A program made the position numbers and the translations under genes. A model generated the notes under the pieces. The model did no database searches, was not told the origin of the DNA, and saw only the letters and a list, made by a program, of their open reading frames with translations. From an uncultured Acidimicrobiia bacterium (GTDB lineage Bacteria > Actinomycetota > Acidimicrobiia > Spongiisociales > UBA5794), in the NCBI GenBank assembly GCA_963821095.1, contig CAWGCJ010000014.1, positions 1,410-65,409 on the forward strand: 64,000 bases of DNA. The letters are read 5' to 3'. Shown piece by piece: positions 46,024 to 54,467 of this stretch; the first letter of the stretch is position 1, and every line of letters begins with the position of its first letter.

Positions 46024-46865
46024 TGGCGAACATCATCGAATGTGACAACCTCATCAAGATCCACAAGCAGGGGACTCTCGAGGTGGTCGCCCTCCAAGGC
46101 ATGGACTTCCTGATGGGCGAAGGCGAGTTCATCTCCATCGTTGGCAAGTCCGGAGCGGGCAAGTCGACGCTGCTCACCATCCTCGCCGGGCTCGAGAAGC
46201 CATCGGCCGGCAAGGCGGTCGTCGCCGGCACCAACTTGACCGACATCGACCAGAAGGAACTCGTCACCTACTACCGGCGCACTGTTGGCTTCCTCTGGCA
46301 GGACTTCACCCGCAACTTGCTGCCGTACCTCAAGGCGATCCAGAACGTCGAACTCCCGATGATGCTGGCCGGGATCGGAACCAAGAAGCGGCGCAAACGG
46401 GCAATGGCGCTGATGGAGGCGACCGGGTTGCGCAGCCAGGCGTTTGCGGACATCCACACGATGTCGGGTGGTGAGCAGCAGCGGCTCGCGCTGTGTGTGG
46501 CGCTGTCCGTCGGCCCGAAGCTGCTCCTCGCCGACGAGCCGACCGGTGAACTCGACACCGAAACCTCGTTGGAGATCTACGAGCTTCTCCGCCGGCTGAG
46601 CCACGACGGTGGACTGAGCGTCCTGGTGGTGACCCACGACGTCGCCCTGGCGCAACGCACCGATCGAGTGGTCAGGCTTGCCGATGGGCGCATCGCCACC
46701 CAGGGCAAACAGGGCGCGGCCGAGTTCCTTCACGTCGATCAACGCGGCATGGTGCAGTTGCCGCGCGACATGCTGCTCGAGGCCGGCATCGAGGAGACAC
46801 TGAAGGCCCGGGTCACCGATCAGGGCATCCTGCTGCAACGAGAGGACGCCCCCGATGAGCCTTGA
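46023..46865 (+). CDS. LolD/MacB-type ABC ATP-binding protein with C-terminal AbrB/SpoVT-like extension
   Basis: Walker A GKSGAGKST, signature MSGGEQQR, Walker B LLLADEPTGELD, H-loop THD. The extra ~45-aa tail is VDQRGMVQLPRDMLLEAGIEETLKARVTDQGILLQ. The ATG overlaps the permease stop (ATGA). Confidence 0.85.
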   Translation: MANIIECDNLIKIHKQGTLEVVALQGMDFLMGEGEFISIVGKSGAGKSTLLTILAGLEKPSAGKAVVAGTNLTDIDQKELVTYYRRTVGFLWQDFTRNLLPYLKAIQNVELPMMLAGIGTKKRRKRAMALMEATGLRSQAFADIHTMSGGEQQRLALCVALSVGPKLLLADEPTGELDTETSLEIYELLRRLSHDGGLSVLVVTHDVALAQRTDRVVRLADGRIATQGKQGAAEFLHVDQRGMVQLPRDMLLEAGIEETLKARVTDQGILLQREDAPDEP

Positions 46866-47571
46866 GCTCAAGCACGTCACCAAGCGATACCCGAACGGAG
46901 CCATCGGCGCCCTCGATGTCAGCCTGCGGATTGACGACGGTGAGTTTGTGGCCTTCTTTGGCCCCTCCGGCTCCGGCAAGACGTCGCTACTCCAGATGAT
47001 CGGCTTGCTGATGCCGCCCGATGAGGGTGAGGTGTGGATCGGAGACGAGCGGGTCGACCAACTGTCAGAGGGAGCCGGAGCGGTCGTGCGGCGCACCAAG
47101 CTCGGGTTCGTGTTCCAGAGCGCGGGATTGCTCTCATTGCTGTCGGCCCAGGAGAACGTTGATGTTGCGATGCGGCTTCTCAATGTGAGTGCCCGCAAGG
47201 CGAAACCCCAGGTCAAGGCGGCTCTGGAGTCGGTCAACATGGAGAACCGGGCCGACCATCGCCCTGATGAACTCTCCGGCGGCGAGCAGCAGCGGGTGGC
47301 CATCGCCCGCGGCCTCGTCCACGAACCCGGATACCTGCTGTGCGACGAGCCGACCGGCGAACTCGATACCAACACCGGTGCTGAGATCCTCGGCCTGCTG
47401 CGAGAGATCGCCGCCACCGGCACCACCGTGGTGATGGCCACCCACGACCCCGCCGCCCTCGACTACGTCGACCGTGCCCTATTCGTCCAGTCCGGCACCC
47501 TCCACCTTCCCGACCGCGCCGAACTCAGCCTGTGGCTGAAAGAAGGACAGACGATCCAATCTCTGCAGTAG
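46855..47571 (+). CDS. LolD/MacB-type ABC ATP-binding protein (second, distinct)
   Basis: Walker A GPSGSGKTS, signature LSGGEQQR, Walker B LLCDEPTGELD, H-loop THD. It overlaps the previous gene by 11 nt. Confidence 0.85.
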   Translation: MSLELKHVTKRYPNGAIGALDVSLRIDDGEFVAFFGPSGSGKTSLLQMIGLLMPPDEGEVWIGDERVDQLSEGAGAVVRRTKLGFVFQSAGLLSLLSAQENVDVAMRLLNVSARKAKPQVKAALESVNMENRADHRPDELSGGEQQRVAIARGLVHEPGYLLCDEPTGELDTNTGAEILGLLREIAATGTTVVMATHDPAALDYVDRALFVQSGTLHLPDRAELSLWLKEGQTIQSLQ

Positions 47572-47574
47572 GAC

Positions 47575-47937
47575 TCAGTGGGCTTCAGACACGCAGAACT
47601 CGTTGCCTTCAGGGTCGCCCATGATTGTCCAATGGAACCCTTGGATTTCGTGATCGGCGACCCGTGAACCGCCGAGCGACTCGATGAAGGCAACAAATTC
47701 CTCACGGTTGTCGGCGGTGAGGTCGAGGTGGAGTCGGTTCTTGATGGTCCTGGGCTCGGGCACCAACTGGAAGGCGAGCCCGGGGCCGCCATCGCTCAGC
47801 CTGCTCATCCAAACGTAGGACGGGTATCGGGCCTTGGCTTCGAGGCCGAGCGCCTGGCTCCAGAACTCGACCATGACGTCTAGGTCGTTGCAGTCGACCA
47901 TCACCGTGCCGACTTTGGCAGTTGGGGCATCTCCCAT
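47575..47937 (-). CDS. VOC / glyoxalase-like domain protein
   Basis: VMVDCNDLDVMVEFWSQALGLE ... HLDLTADN ... DPEGNEFCV. The ATG at 47937 lies 1 nt after the dcd stop. Confidence 0.75.
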   Translation of the reverse strand: MGDAPTAKVGTVMVDCNDLDVMVEFWSQALGLEAKARYPSYVWMSRLSDGGPGLAFQLVPEPRTIKNRLHLDLTADNREEFVAFIESLGGSRVADHEIQGFHWTIMGDPEGNEFCVSEAH

Positions 47938-47938
47938 G

Positions 47939-48511
47939 TCAGGGTCCCTTCGAGAAGTCCTTGTGCCCCCGACTCGGGGTGGGGCCCGACTGTCCCTGGT
48001 ACTTGGACCCCGCACCGGGCGATCCGTAGGGGTGTTCGGCCGCGGTGCTGAGCTCGTAAAACGACACCTGGCCGATCTTCATCCCGGGGTAGATCGCGAT
48101 CGGCAGGTTGGCGACATTGGAGAGTTCCAACGTGACCTGACCGGTGAAGCCGGGGTCGATGAAGCCCGCCGTGGAGTGAATCAGCAACCCGATGCGGCCC
48201 AGGCTGGACTTCCCCTCGAGTCGGGCGACGATGTCGTCGGCAAGTCCGATCACCTCGGCAGTCGAGCCGAGCACGAACTCCCCTGGGTGGAGGATGAAAG
48301 GGTGATCCGCAGATGCCTCCACCGAAGTGGTGAGATCCGGTTGATCGGCCTTCGGGTCGATCACGGCGTAGCGATGGTTCTCGAACACCCGGAACGTCGC
48401 GTCACAGCGCAGGTCAACGCTCGAGGGCTGCACCATCGCCACGTCGTACGGGTCGATCACGATCCGGCCGGCAGCGATGGCTTCCTTGATGGTGCGGTCC
48501 GAGAAGATCAC
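47939..48511 (-). CDS. dcd: dCTP deaminase (probably the bifunctional dCTP deaminase/dUTPase type, as in other actinobacteria)
   Basis: [12 protein letters not shown] start, [21 protein letters not shown], and a C-terminal YQGQ tail. Confidence 0.9.
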   Translation of the reverse strand: MIFSDRTIKEAIAAGRIVIDPYDVAMVQPSSVDLRCDATFRVFENHRYAVIDPKADQPDLTTSVEASADHPFILHPGEFVLGSTAEVIGLADDIVARLEGKSSLGRIGLLIHSTAGFIDPGFTGQVTLELSNVANLPIAIYPGMKIGQVSFYELSTAAEHPYGSPGAGSKYQGQSGPTPSRGHKDFSKGP

Positions 48512-48593
48512 CCGGCGATGGTAGCGGAGCCATCAACCAGCCTTCTCGGACTGGGCGTTCCGAAAGCCGGAGACGGATGGGGCGCTTTGGTCC

Positions 48594-49646
48594 CTATGTG
48601 TTGCGGACGAGTGGGGAGACCTTGGTCCCAAACAACTCGATCGAGCGCATGGCCGACTCATGAGATACCGAGCCTGCATGGTGCAGCATGAACCGGTCGA
48701 TGCCGAGGATTTCTTTCCAGTAGAGAACCTTGGTCGCAACCGTCTCCGGGTCGCCGACCACTAGTGAGCCCTGGGGGCTGCGCATCCAGTCGTACTGCTC
48801 CCGAGTGAGCGGCGGCCAGCCTCGTTCTCGGCCGATCTTGTCCATCATGTCGGTGAACGAGCGATAGATCTCATCGGAGGCTTGCTCGCTGTCGTCGGCG
48901 ATGAAGCCGAGACCATGGACCGCCAGTGGGAACTCGCCGGGGTCATAGCCGGATTCGACCAGGGTCCTGCGGTAGAGGTCGGCGAGCACCTGGAACCGGG
49001 CCGGGTCGCCACCGATGATGGCGAGGACCAACGGCAGTCCAAACCGCGCGGCCCGCACCACCGAAGCGGGGGTACCGCCGACCCCGATCCAAATCGGAAG
49101 CGGTTCCTGCTGCGGGCGGGGATAGACCGCTTGGTTGTGTAACGGTTCCCGAAACCGGCCCTGCCAGGTCACCCGCTCGTTCCTGGTGATCTCCACCAGG
49201 AGCTCGAGCTTCTCGGCGAATAGCTCGTTGTAGTCATCGAGCGAGTAGCCAAAGAGGGGAAACGACTCGATGAATGAGCCGCGGCCGACCAATAGTTCGG
49301 CTCGCCCGTTGGAGATGAGGTCGAGCGTCGAGAAGTCTTGGAATGTCCGCACCGGGTCGGCCGAACTCAGGACGATGACGGCTGAGCTGAGCCGGATTCG
49401 CTCGGTCAGGGCGGCCGCCGCGGCGAGTGTGATGGCTGGTGCCGAGGCCGCCATGTCGACCCGGTGGTGCTCACCGAGGCCGTACACGTCGAGGCCGACG
49501 CGTTCGGCTTCCACGATCTCTTCGATCACATTGCGAAGTCGTTCGCCGTGGCTGATGGGGACACCGGTGGTGGCGTTCTTGTGAGTCTCGGCGAAGCTCG
49601 TCATGCCGAGCTCGAACCGTTTGACAGCGGTGATGAGGGGTTCCAT
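48594..49646 (-). CDS. LLM-class (luciferase-like) flavin/F420-dependent oxidoreductase
   Basis: GLGEHH, LSSADPVRTFQDF and GRAELLVGRGSF, typical of LLM TIM-barrel proteins. Confidence 0.8.
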   Translation of the reverse strand: MEPLITAVKRFELGMTSFAETHKNATTGVPISHGERLRNVIEEIVEAERVGLDVYGLGEHHRVDMAASAPAITLAAAAALTERIRLSSAVIVLSSADPVRTFQDFSTLDLISNGRAELLVGRGSFIESFPLFGYSLDDYNELFAEKLELLVEITRNERVTWQGRFREPLHNQAVYPRPQQEPLPIWIGVGGTPASVVRAARFGLPLVLAIIGGDPARFQVLADLYRRTLVESGYDPGEFPLAVHGLGFIADDSEQASDEIYRSFTDMMDKIGRERGWPPLTREQYDWMRSPQGSLVVGDPETVATKVLYWKEILGIDRFMLHHAGSVSHESAMRSIELFGTKVSPLVRNT

Positions 49647-49762
49647 TCGGTAGCGGTGGACTTAGGTATACCAACCGAACCGAGCCTATGCGGTGCTCAT
49701 TGCGGGGGATCAAGCCTGGCTCGGCGCCGGTAGTGTGTCCCGACGAACAACAAGGAGTAGCG

Positions 49763-50434
49763 GTGGCGGCTCACAACAAGGCGGACGTGCTTGCCGCGAT
49801 AGAACGTGACGGCGTGGTTCCCGTTTTCAACGACTCCGATGTCGCTATCACCAAGGAAGTGGCCCGTTGTGTTGTTGCGGGCGGGTTGTCGACCTTCGAG
49901 TTCACGAATCGTGGCGAGGGTGCCCTCGAGGTCTTCGCTGATTTCATCACGTGGGCCAGGGCTGAGCTCCCCGAACTCATCGTGGGCGTTGGAACCGTCA
50001 CTGAGCCGGTTGCTGCTGTTCGAGCGATCGATCTTGGTGCCAACTTCGTATTCGCTCCGAGCTTGTCCGGTGCGGTTGCCGTTGTCTGCAACTCCCGGGA
50101 CGTTCCCTATGTGCCGGGCTGTGGCACCGTTACCGAGATTCAGACCGCACATGACCTGGGATGCCACATGGTCAAGCTGTTCCCCGCCGAGTCGCTCGGC
50201 GGTCCGGCCTTCCTCAGTGCGGTGCGAGCACCCTGCCCGTGGGTGCGTGCCATCCCGACCGGCGGGGTCGAGCCCACGGTGGCCTCCATGAAGCCGTGGT
50301 TCGACGCCGGGGCGACCGCGGTCGGCATGGGATCGAAGCTCCTGCCGACGGAGCTCATTGCCGCCGCGGACTGGGATGCGGTGGAGCGGAGGGTGACCCA
50401 GGCGGTGGCGGCCGTTGCTGCGGCGCGGGCCTGA
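49763..50434 (+). CDS. eda: KDPG / KHG aldolase (Eda family)
   Basis: VVPVF...LSTFEFTNRG...GVGTV...KLFPA...PTGGV. The GTG at 49763 follows AAGGAG. Confidence 0.8.
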   Translation: MAAHNKADVLAAIERDGVVPVFNDSDVAITKEVARCVVAGGLSTFEFTNRGEGALEVFADFITWARAELPELIVGVGTVTEPVAAVRAIDLGANFVFAPSLSGAVAVVCNSRDVPYVPGCGTVTEIQTAHDLGCHMVKLFPAESLGGPAFLSAVRAPCPWVRAIPTGGVEPTVASMKPWFDAGATAVGMGSKLLPTELIAAADWDAVERRVTQAVAAVAAARA

Positions 50435-50489
50435 GGCGAGTCACCGACGGCGGGCCGGTTTGGCGAACTGGACGGCGACACCGCAATTT

Positions 50490-50702
50490 CTACAGGCTGC
50501 CGTCCATGCCGCAATCCGCGCCCTCGCCATGATCTGGGAGTAGTTCGAAGTAGGCAACGGGTCCGTAGCCGGGAATCGCATATTCGATGCGGTTCCGACT
50601 CACGAGCTCGGCCGTCCCGAATATCTCGTTGCCGATGACGGCGTGCGAATCGTCGAGGATGTCGGTCGCCTCCGCAGCGACCTCATCTGTCGTCTGTGAA
50701 CG
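50490..50702 (-). pseudogene. Possible decayed ORF remnant next to tRNA-Gly
   Basis: A 70-codon open frame has coding-like third positions (…TDEVAAEATDILDDSHAVIGNEIFGTAELVSRNRIEYAIPGYGPVAYFELLPDHGEGADCGMDGSL*) but no usable start codon. Coding-like stretches continue upstream in two other frames. Confidence 0.3.
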
Positions 50703-50830
50703 TCAGATCGATCAGTGCATTGAATCGTGGGCCGCGAACGGCAGCGAGACCTCACTCCAGTCGAGATCGTCGGTGGGCTTGATCCCGCAACGCCAAGCAT
50801 TGGGCCGATCGACGAGAGCGGAGAACGGAG

Positions 50831-50901
50831 AGCGGGTGAGGGGAATCGAACCCCCGTATTCAGCTTGGGAAGCTGATGTTCTACCATTGAACTACACCCG
50901 C
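50831..50901 (-). tRNA. tRNA-Gly (anticodon CCC)
   Basis: Hand-folded cloverleaf: acceptor GCGGGTG/CACCCGC, D-arm GTTC-AATGGTA-GAAC, anticodon arm TCAGC-TTCCCAA-GCTGA, 4-nt variable loop, T-arm GGGGG-TTCGATT-CCCCT. CCA is not encoded. Confidence 0.9.
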
Positions 50902-50993
50902 GAACCCGCGGATTGTACCCCTTTCCGTTTTGGCGTACATACCCGTCACAGGTGTCGCTGGTGTCCGCCAAAACCCTCTAGGAGTCGGGTCGG

Positions 50994-51218
50994 ATGGATG
51001 TTGTCGAGCTGCTGGGGCTGGATTCGCTGCTCGGGGCCATGGTCTTGGCCCTCGGGGCCGCCATGGTGCTCGGCAATGGCTTCGCCATCTACCAGAACCA
51101 CCGGGGCCGTCGCCCTGCCAAAGAAACCGGCGAGTTTCGGGCCGGCCGCGCCTGGTGGCTGTTCGGTGTCGGGGTACTGATCACGATTTGGGGAATCGCC
51201 AGCTTGCTGGCGGGTTGA
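50994..51218 (+). CDS. Small hypothetical membrane protein (74 aa, 2 TM)
   Basis: Two hydrophobic helices flank a basic loop (HRGRRPAKETGEFRAGR). Confidence 0.5.
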   Translation: MDVVELLGLDSLLGAMVLALGAAMVLGNGFAIYQNHRGRRPAKETGEFRAGRAWWLFGVGVLITIWGIASLLAG

Positions 51219-51310
51219 AGCGTCGGCGAGACGGGAACAAATCCCGGCTTGATGTCGTCTAACTACCAGCGGTACCTACCATCGCCCGCTTCGCCCTGAA
51301 GGAACCGCGC

Positions 51311-52168
51311 ATGACAGACCTGCCAATCCAGATACCGACACGCTCCCGCCGGGTGATGCTTGCCGTCGCCCTGTGGGTGTTCGCCATTTCGACGACCGTT
51401 CTTCTCGTGGGAATCTGGGGGCGCAGCGTGACCGGCGACGAAGCCACTCTCCAGGCCAGCGCCGAAGCCGTCCTTGAAACCGACGTGGTGACGGATCGGG
51501 TCGGCGAGTGGCTTGCTGAGGGCCTGGCGGCTGCCGACGAGGTCGAGGCTGCAGGGATTGCCGCCGCGGTCGAAGCCGTTGACGAGATGCCGGCCGCGCA
51601 GCGGGCGGTCGATGACATCGTGGGCCAGGTGGTCACCGCGGCCCTCGCCCCGCCGGGCTCGTCACCTTCGGTCGACGTGGCTGGTGCCCTGGGGCCGGTC
51701 GTCCCGGATTTGCTGCGAGAACTGGAGGCGAACGGCATCGCAACCTCAACCGTGGAGGTCGAGGCCGCCCTCGAGGTGGTGGATACCCTGACTCTCCCGG
51801 TGGAGCCGAGCAGCGCTTCGGGTGGTGTCGCCCGTGAAGCTCGGGCCGTTCTGACCAAGGTGATTGTCGTCGGCCTTCTTGGAATGCTCGTGGGCGGCAT
51901 CGTCGCCATTGCCGTTTCCGATGATCGCTGGGGCCGGATGCGCTCGCTGGCGAGCCGGGTCGCGGTATCGGCCTTCACGTTTGCGATCCTGCTCCAGATC
52001 GGGCGGTGGGCGACCGACCCTCAAGGCGGGCGGTCGCCGCTGGCTGCGGGTGGCGGTGTCGTGATGGGGAGCAACTGGCAGGTCCTGCTGGTCGTTGCGG
52101 CCGGCGGGGTCGCAGTGGCGTTTGTCGCCGGCGCCGTGGTGCGGCGCACTCGTGGGGCAACGGGATAG
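51311..52168 (+). CDS. Hypothetical membrane protein
   Basis: N-terminal TM, a ~170-aa Ala/Val/Glu-rich extracytoplasmic segment, and 3 C-terminal TMs. AAGGAA lies upstream of the ATG. Confidence 0.6.
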   Translation: MTDLPIQIPTRSRRVMLAVALWVFAISTTVLLVGIWGRSVTGDEATLQASAEAVLETDVVTDRVGEWLAEGLAAADEVEAAGIAAAVEAVDEMPAAQRAVDDIVGQVVTAALAPPGSSPSVDVAGALGPVVPDLLRELEANGIATSTVEVEAALEVVDTLTLPVEPSSASGGVAREARAVLTKVIVVGLLGMLVGGIVAIAVSDDRWGRMRSLASRVAVSAFTFAILLQIGRWATDPQGGRSPLAAGGGVVMGSNWQVLLVVAAGGVAVAFVAGAVVRRTRGATG

Positions 52169-52197
52169 TCCGGGGAATCACTAACGTCGGGTCCCTC

Positions 52198-52947
52198 ATG
52201 AGCCCATCCAGAACCCGCATGCTGATGCTGTTGCTGATTGCGCTTGCGGTGATGGCCGCCGCTTGCGGCGATTCGGATGAGGGTGGGACGACGGCGGCGC
52301 CGGAAACCACGACCGCGGCCGCCGCTGAGTCGTCCACCACCGCCACCCCATCCACTACCGCCACCCCATCCACGTCCGCGGCTCCGTCCACCTCCACGCC
52401 GACGACAACAGCAGCGCCGACGACGACTACCTCCGGACTCCAGGAAACCGCTCCGGTGGCTATCACAGGTGAGCCGCTTCCCGAGGTGGCCGATTCTGGG
52501 GAAGACCTCGCCGTCGGCCTCACTCCACCGCAAATCGTCGGGGTCGATTTTGCCGGGAACGAAGTGATACTTGGTGGTGGGGATGCTCCGCAAGCGATCA
52601 TGTTTGTTGCCCATTGGTGTTCGCACTGCCAGGTGGAGGTACCGGCGGTGCAAGCCTGGGTCGATGAGACCGGGGGAGTCGAGGGTGTCGAGGTCGTCGC
52701 CGTCTCGACCGCAGTGGTGCCGGAACGGCCCAACTATCCCCCGTCGGCATGGTTTGCGGCCGAGGCCTGGTCCTCTCCGGTTCTGGCCGATGACATGGAG
52801 GCCTCGAGTTTCATCGCCTACGGCGGACGCGCCATCCCGTTTTGGGTTTTTGTTGACGGCGGCGGCAAGGTTTTCCACCGCATCGAAGGCGGGGTCGATC
52901 TTGTCACGCTCGAGTCCGTGATGAACGATCTGGCGGCGACCGGCTAG
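52198..52947 (+). CDS. TlpA/ResA-like thiol-disulfide oxidoreductase lipoprotein
   Basis: Lipobox VMAAAC, a long Thr/Ala/Pro/Ser linker, and a thioredoxin fold with the active site WCSHC. Confidence 0.8.
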   Translation: MSPSRTRMLMLLLIALAVMAAACGDSDEGGTTAAPETTTAAAAESSTTATPSTTATPSTSAAPSTSTPTTTAAPTTTTSGLQETAPVAITGEPLPEVADSGEDLAVGLTPPQIVGVDFAGNEVILGGGDAPQAIMFVAHWCSHCQVEVPAVQAWVDETGGVEGVEVVAVSTAVVPERPNYPPSAWFAAEAWSSPVLADDMEASSFIAYGGRAIPFWVFVDGGGKVFHRIEGGVDLVTLESVMNDLAATG

Positions 52948-53072
52948 TCGCCGCGTTCGAGCACGGTCTTCATTCCCGGGAGGATGCACGGCATCCCGTC
53001 GGAGGACTCGGCGCACGGCTCGAGATCCGGATTCGTTGGACCCCACCGAACGCCATCGGGTAGCCTCAACCC

Positions 53073-53885
53073 ATGGAACGATCATGCACCGTGGTGCGGG
53101 TGTTCACCCGAGCCGATGCCGGCGGGAACCATCTTGGCGTGGTCGAGGACATCAGCGGACTGGACGGGGAGGCGATGCAGCGCATCGCCTCCGAGCTGGG
53201 GTTTTCCGAGACGATCTTCATCGACGACGGAACGGCCGTCGCTCCGACGGTGCGAATCTTCACTCCTGGTGCCGAGCTGCCGTTTGCCGGGCATCCACTG
53301 GTCGGCGCTGCTTGGGTTCTGACCGTGGCCGGATCGTCCCCGGCTGGGTCGTTGCAGTGCGGGATCGGCGAGGTGCATATTCGAGTTGACGGTGATCTCG
53401 TGTGGATCGATGTGCCGATGAGCGGCAAAGTGGCTCCCAAAGATGACCCAAGGTGGGACGGTGGGATTGCCGGGTTCTTTGCCGCCGCCGGGATCGCCGA
53501 CACGGTTTCGTCGGCTCGAGTCCTGCTGCCCAACGAGTACCTCATCGGCGAACTCCAAAGCCCCGCTGCGGTTGCAGCACTCGAGCCCGATATGGAAGCG
53601 CTCGCCGCGGTGTTCGGCACCCTCGTCTTTGCCAGAGTCGGCGACCGAGTCCGAGCTCGCTTCTTCGCGCCCGATACCGGCGTTCGCGAGGACCCGGCCA
53701 CGGGAAGTGCCGCGGTTGCCCTCGCCACTGTGCTGCGGTCACGAGGGGAACACTCCGGCCGCCTCACCATCCATCAGGGTGAGGAGATCGGCCATCCTTC
53801 GACCATCGAACTCACGTGGGCGGGAGACACCGCCGCAATCGGGGGCACGGTGCGATTCGACGAGACTCGAGCCCTCGTCCAGTAG
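53073..53885 (+). CDS. PhzF family isomerase-like protein
   Basis: VFTRADAGGNHLGVV...GFSETIFI...FAGHPLVGAAW...EDPATGSAA, typical PhzF motifs. Confidence 0.85.
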   Translation: MERSCTVVRVFTRADAGGNHLGVVEDISGLDGEAMQRIASELGFSETIFIDDGTAVAPTVRIFTPGAELPFAGHPLVGAAWVLTVAGSSPAGSLQCGIGEVHIRVDGDLVWIDVPMSGKVAPKDDPRWDGGIAGFFAAAGIADTVSSARVLLPNEYLIGELQSPAAVAALEPDMEALAAVFGTLVFARVGDRVRARFFAPDTGVREDPATGSAAVALATVLRSRGEHSGRLTIHQGEEIGHPSTIELTWAGDTAAIGGTVRFDETRALVQ

Positions 53886-53914
53886 GAAGCGACCTGGGAC
53901 AGGAGGCACCGACC

Positions 53915-54400
53915 ATGCTGAGCGCGGAGAAGTTGGCGAAGGACTACAAGCGGAACGCCACCATCGTCAAATGGCAGGCGGACGGCCTGAGCCATGCCGA
54001 CAGCCTGATCCAGACTCCCTATCGGATCAACTGCCTCAATTGGGTGCTCGGACACATCGCCGAAGGTCGTGACGGCGTACTCGAGATGGTCGGCGCCGAG
54101 CGGGTGGCCGAACCCGGGGAGCTCGGTCGCTACCTGCGCGAGTCGGAGCCGATTCTGGAGGACGGCCCCGGTGTGGTTCCCCTGGAGCGCCTGCTCGAGA
54201 TCATCAGCGCAACCCAGGAGCGTCTCGAGGCGGCCCTGGGCGACCTGTCCGACGAGACACTGGCCGTCGAAACCATCGAAAACGAGCGCACCACCACTCT
54301 GGCCGGCCGGGTCCACTTCGCCTACTTCCACGACACGTACCACACCGGCCAAACCGAACTTCTTCGCCAGGTCGCCGGCAAGAACGACCACATCATCTAG
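53915..54400 (+). CDS. DinB family (four-helix bundle, metal-binding) protein
   Basis: NCLNWVLGHIAEGRD ... AYFHDTYHTGQ gives the His triad pattern. The ATG follows AGGAGG. Confidence 0.75.
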   Translation: MLSAEKLAKDYKRNATIVKWQADGLSHADSLIQTPYRINCLNWVLGHIAEGRDGVLEMVGAERVAEPGELGRYLRESEPILEDGPGVVPLERLLEIISATQERLEAALGDLSDETLAVETIENERTTTLAGRVHFAYFHDTYHTGQTELLRQVAGKNDHII

Positions 54401-54467
54401 GCCCTCCCGGGGTACCGAGCCGCTCAGCTCCGGTCCACCGGCGGCGGCACCTTGGTACGCTGGGGAT

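Noticed and set aside
42607-47441. Two very long minus-strand ORFs (42607..44868, 753 aa; 45546..47441, 631 aa) across the ABC permease and ATPase genes
   Set aside because: They are antisense to genes with clear Walker/FtsX features. The products are Arg/Gly/Asp/Pro-rich with no domain-like segments. These are shadow ORFs caused by high GC3 on the sense strand.
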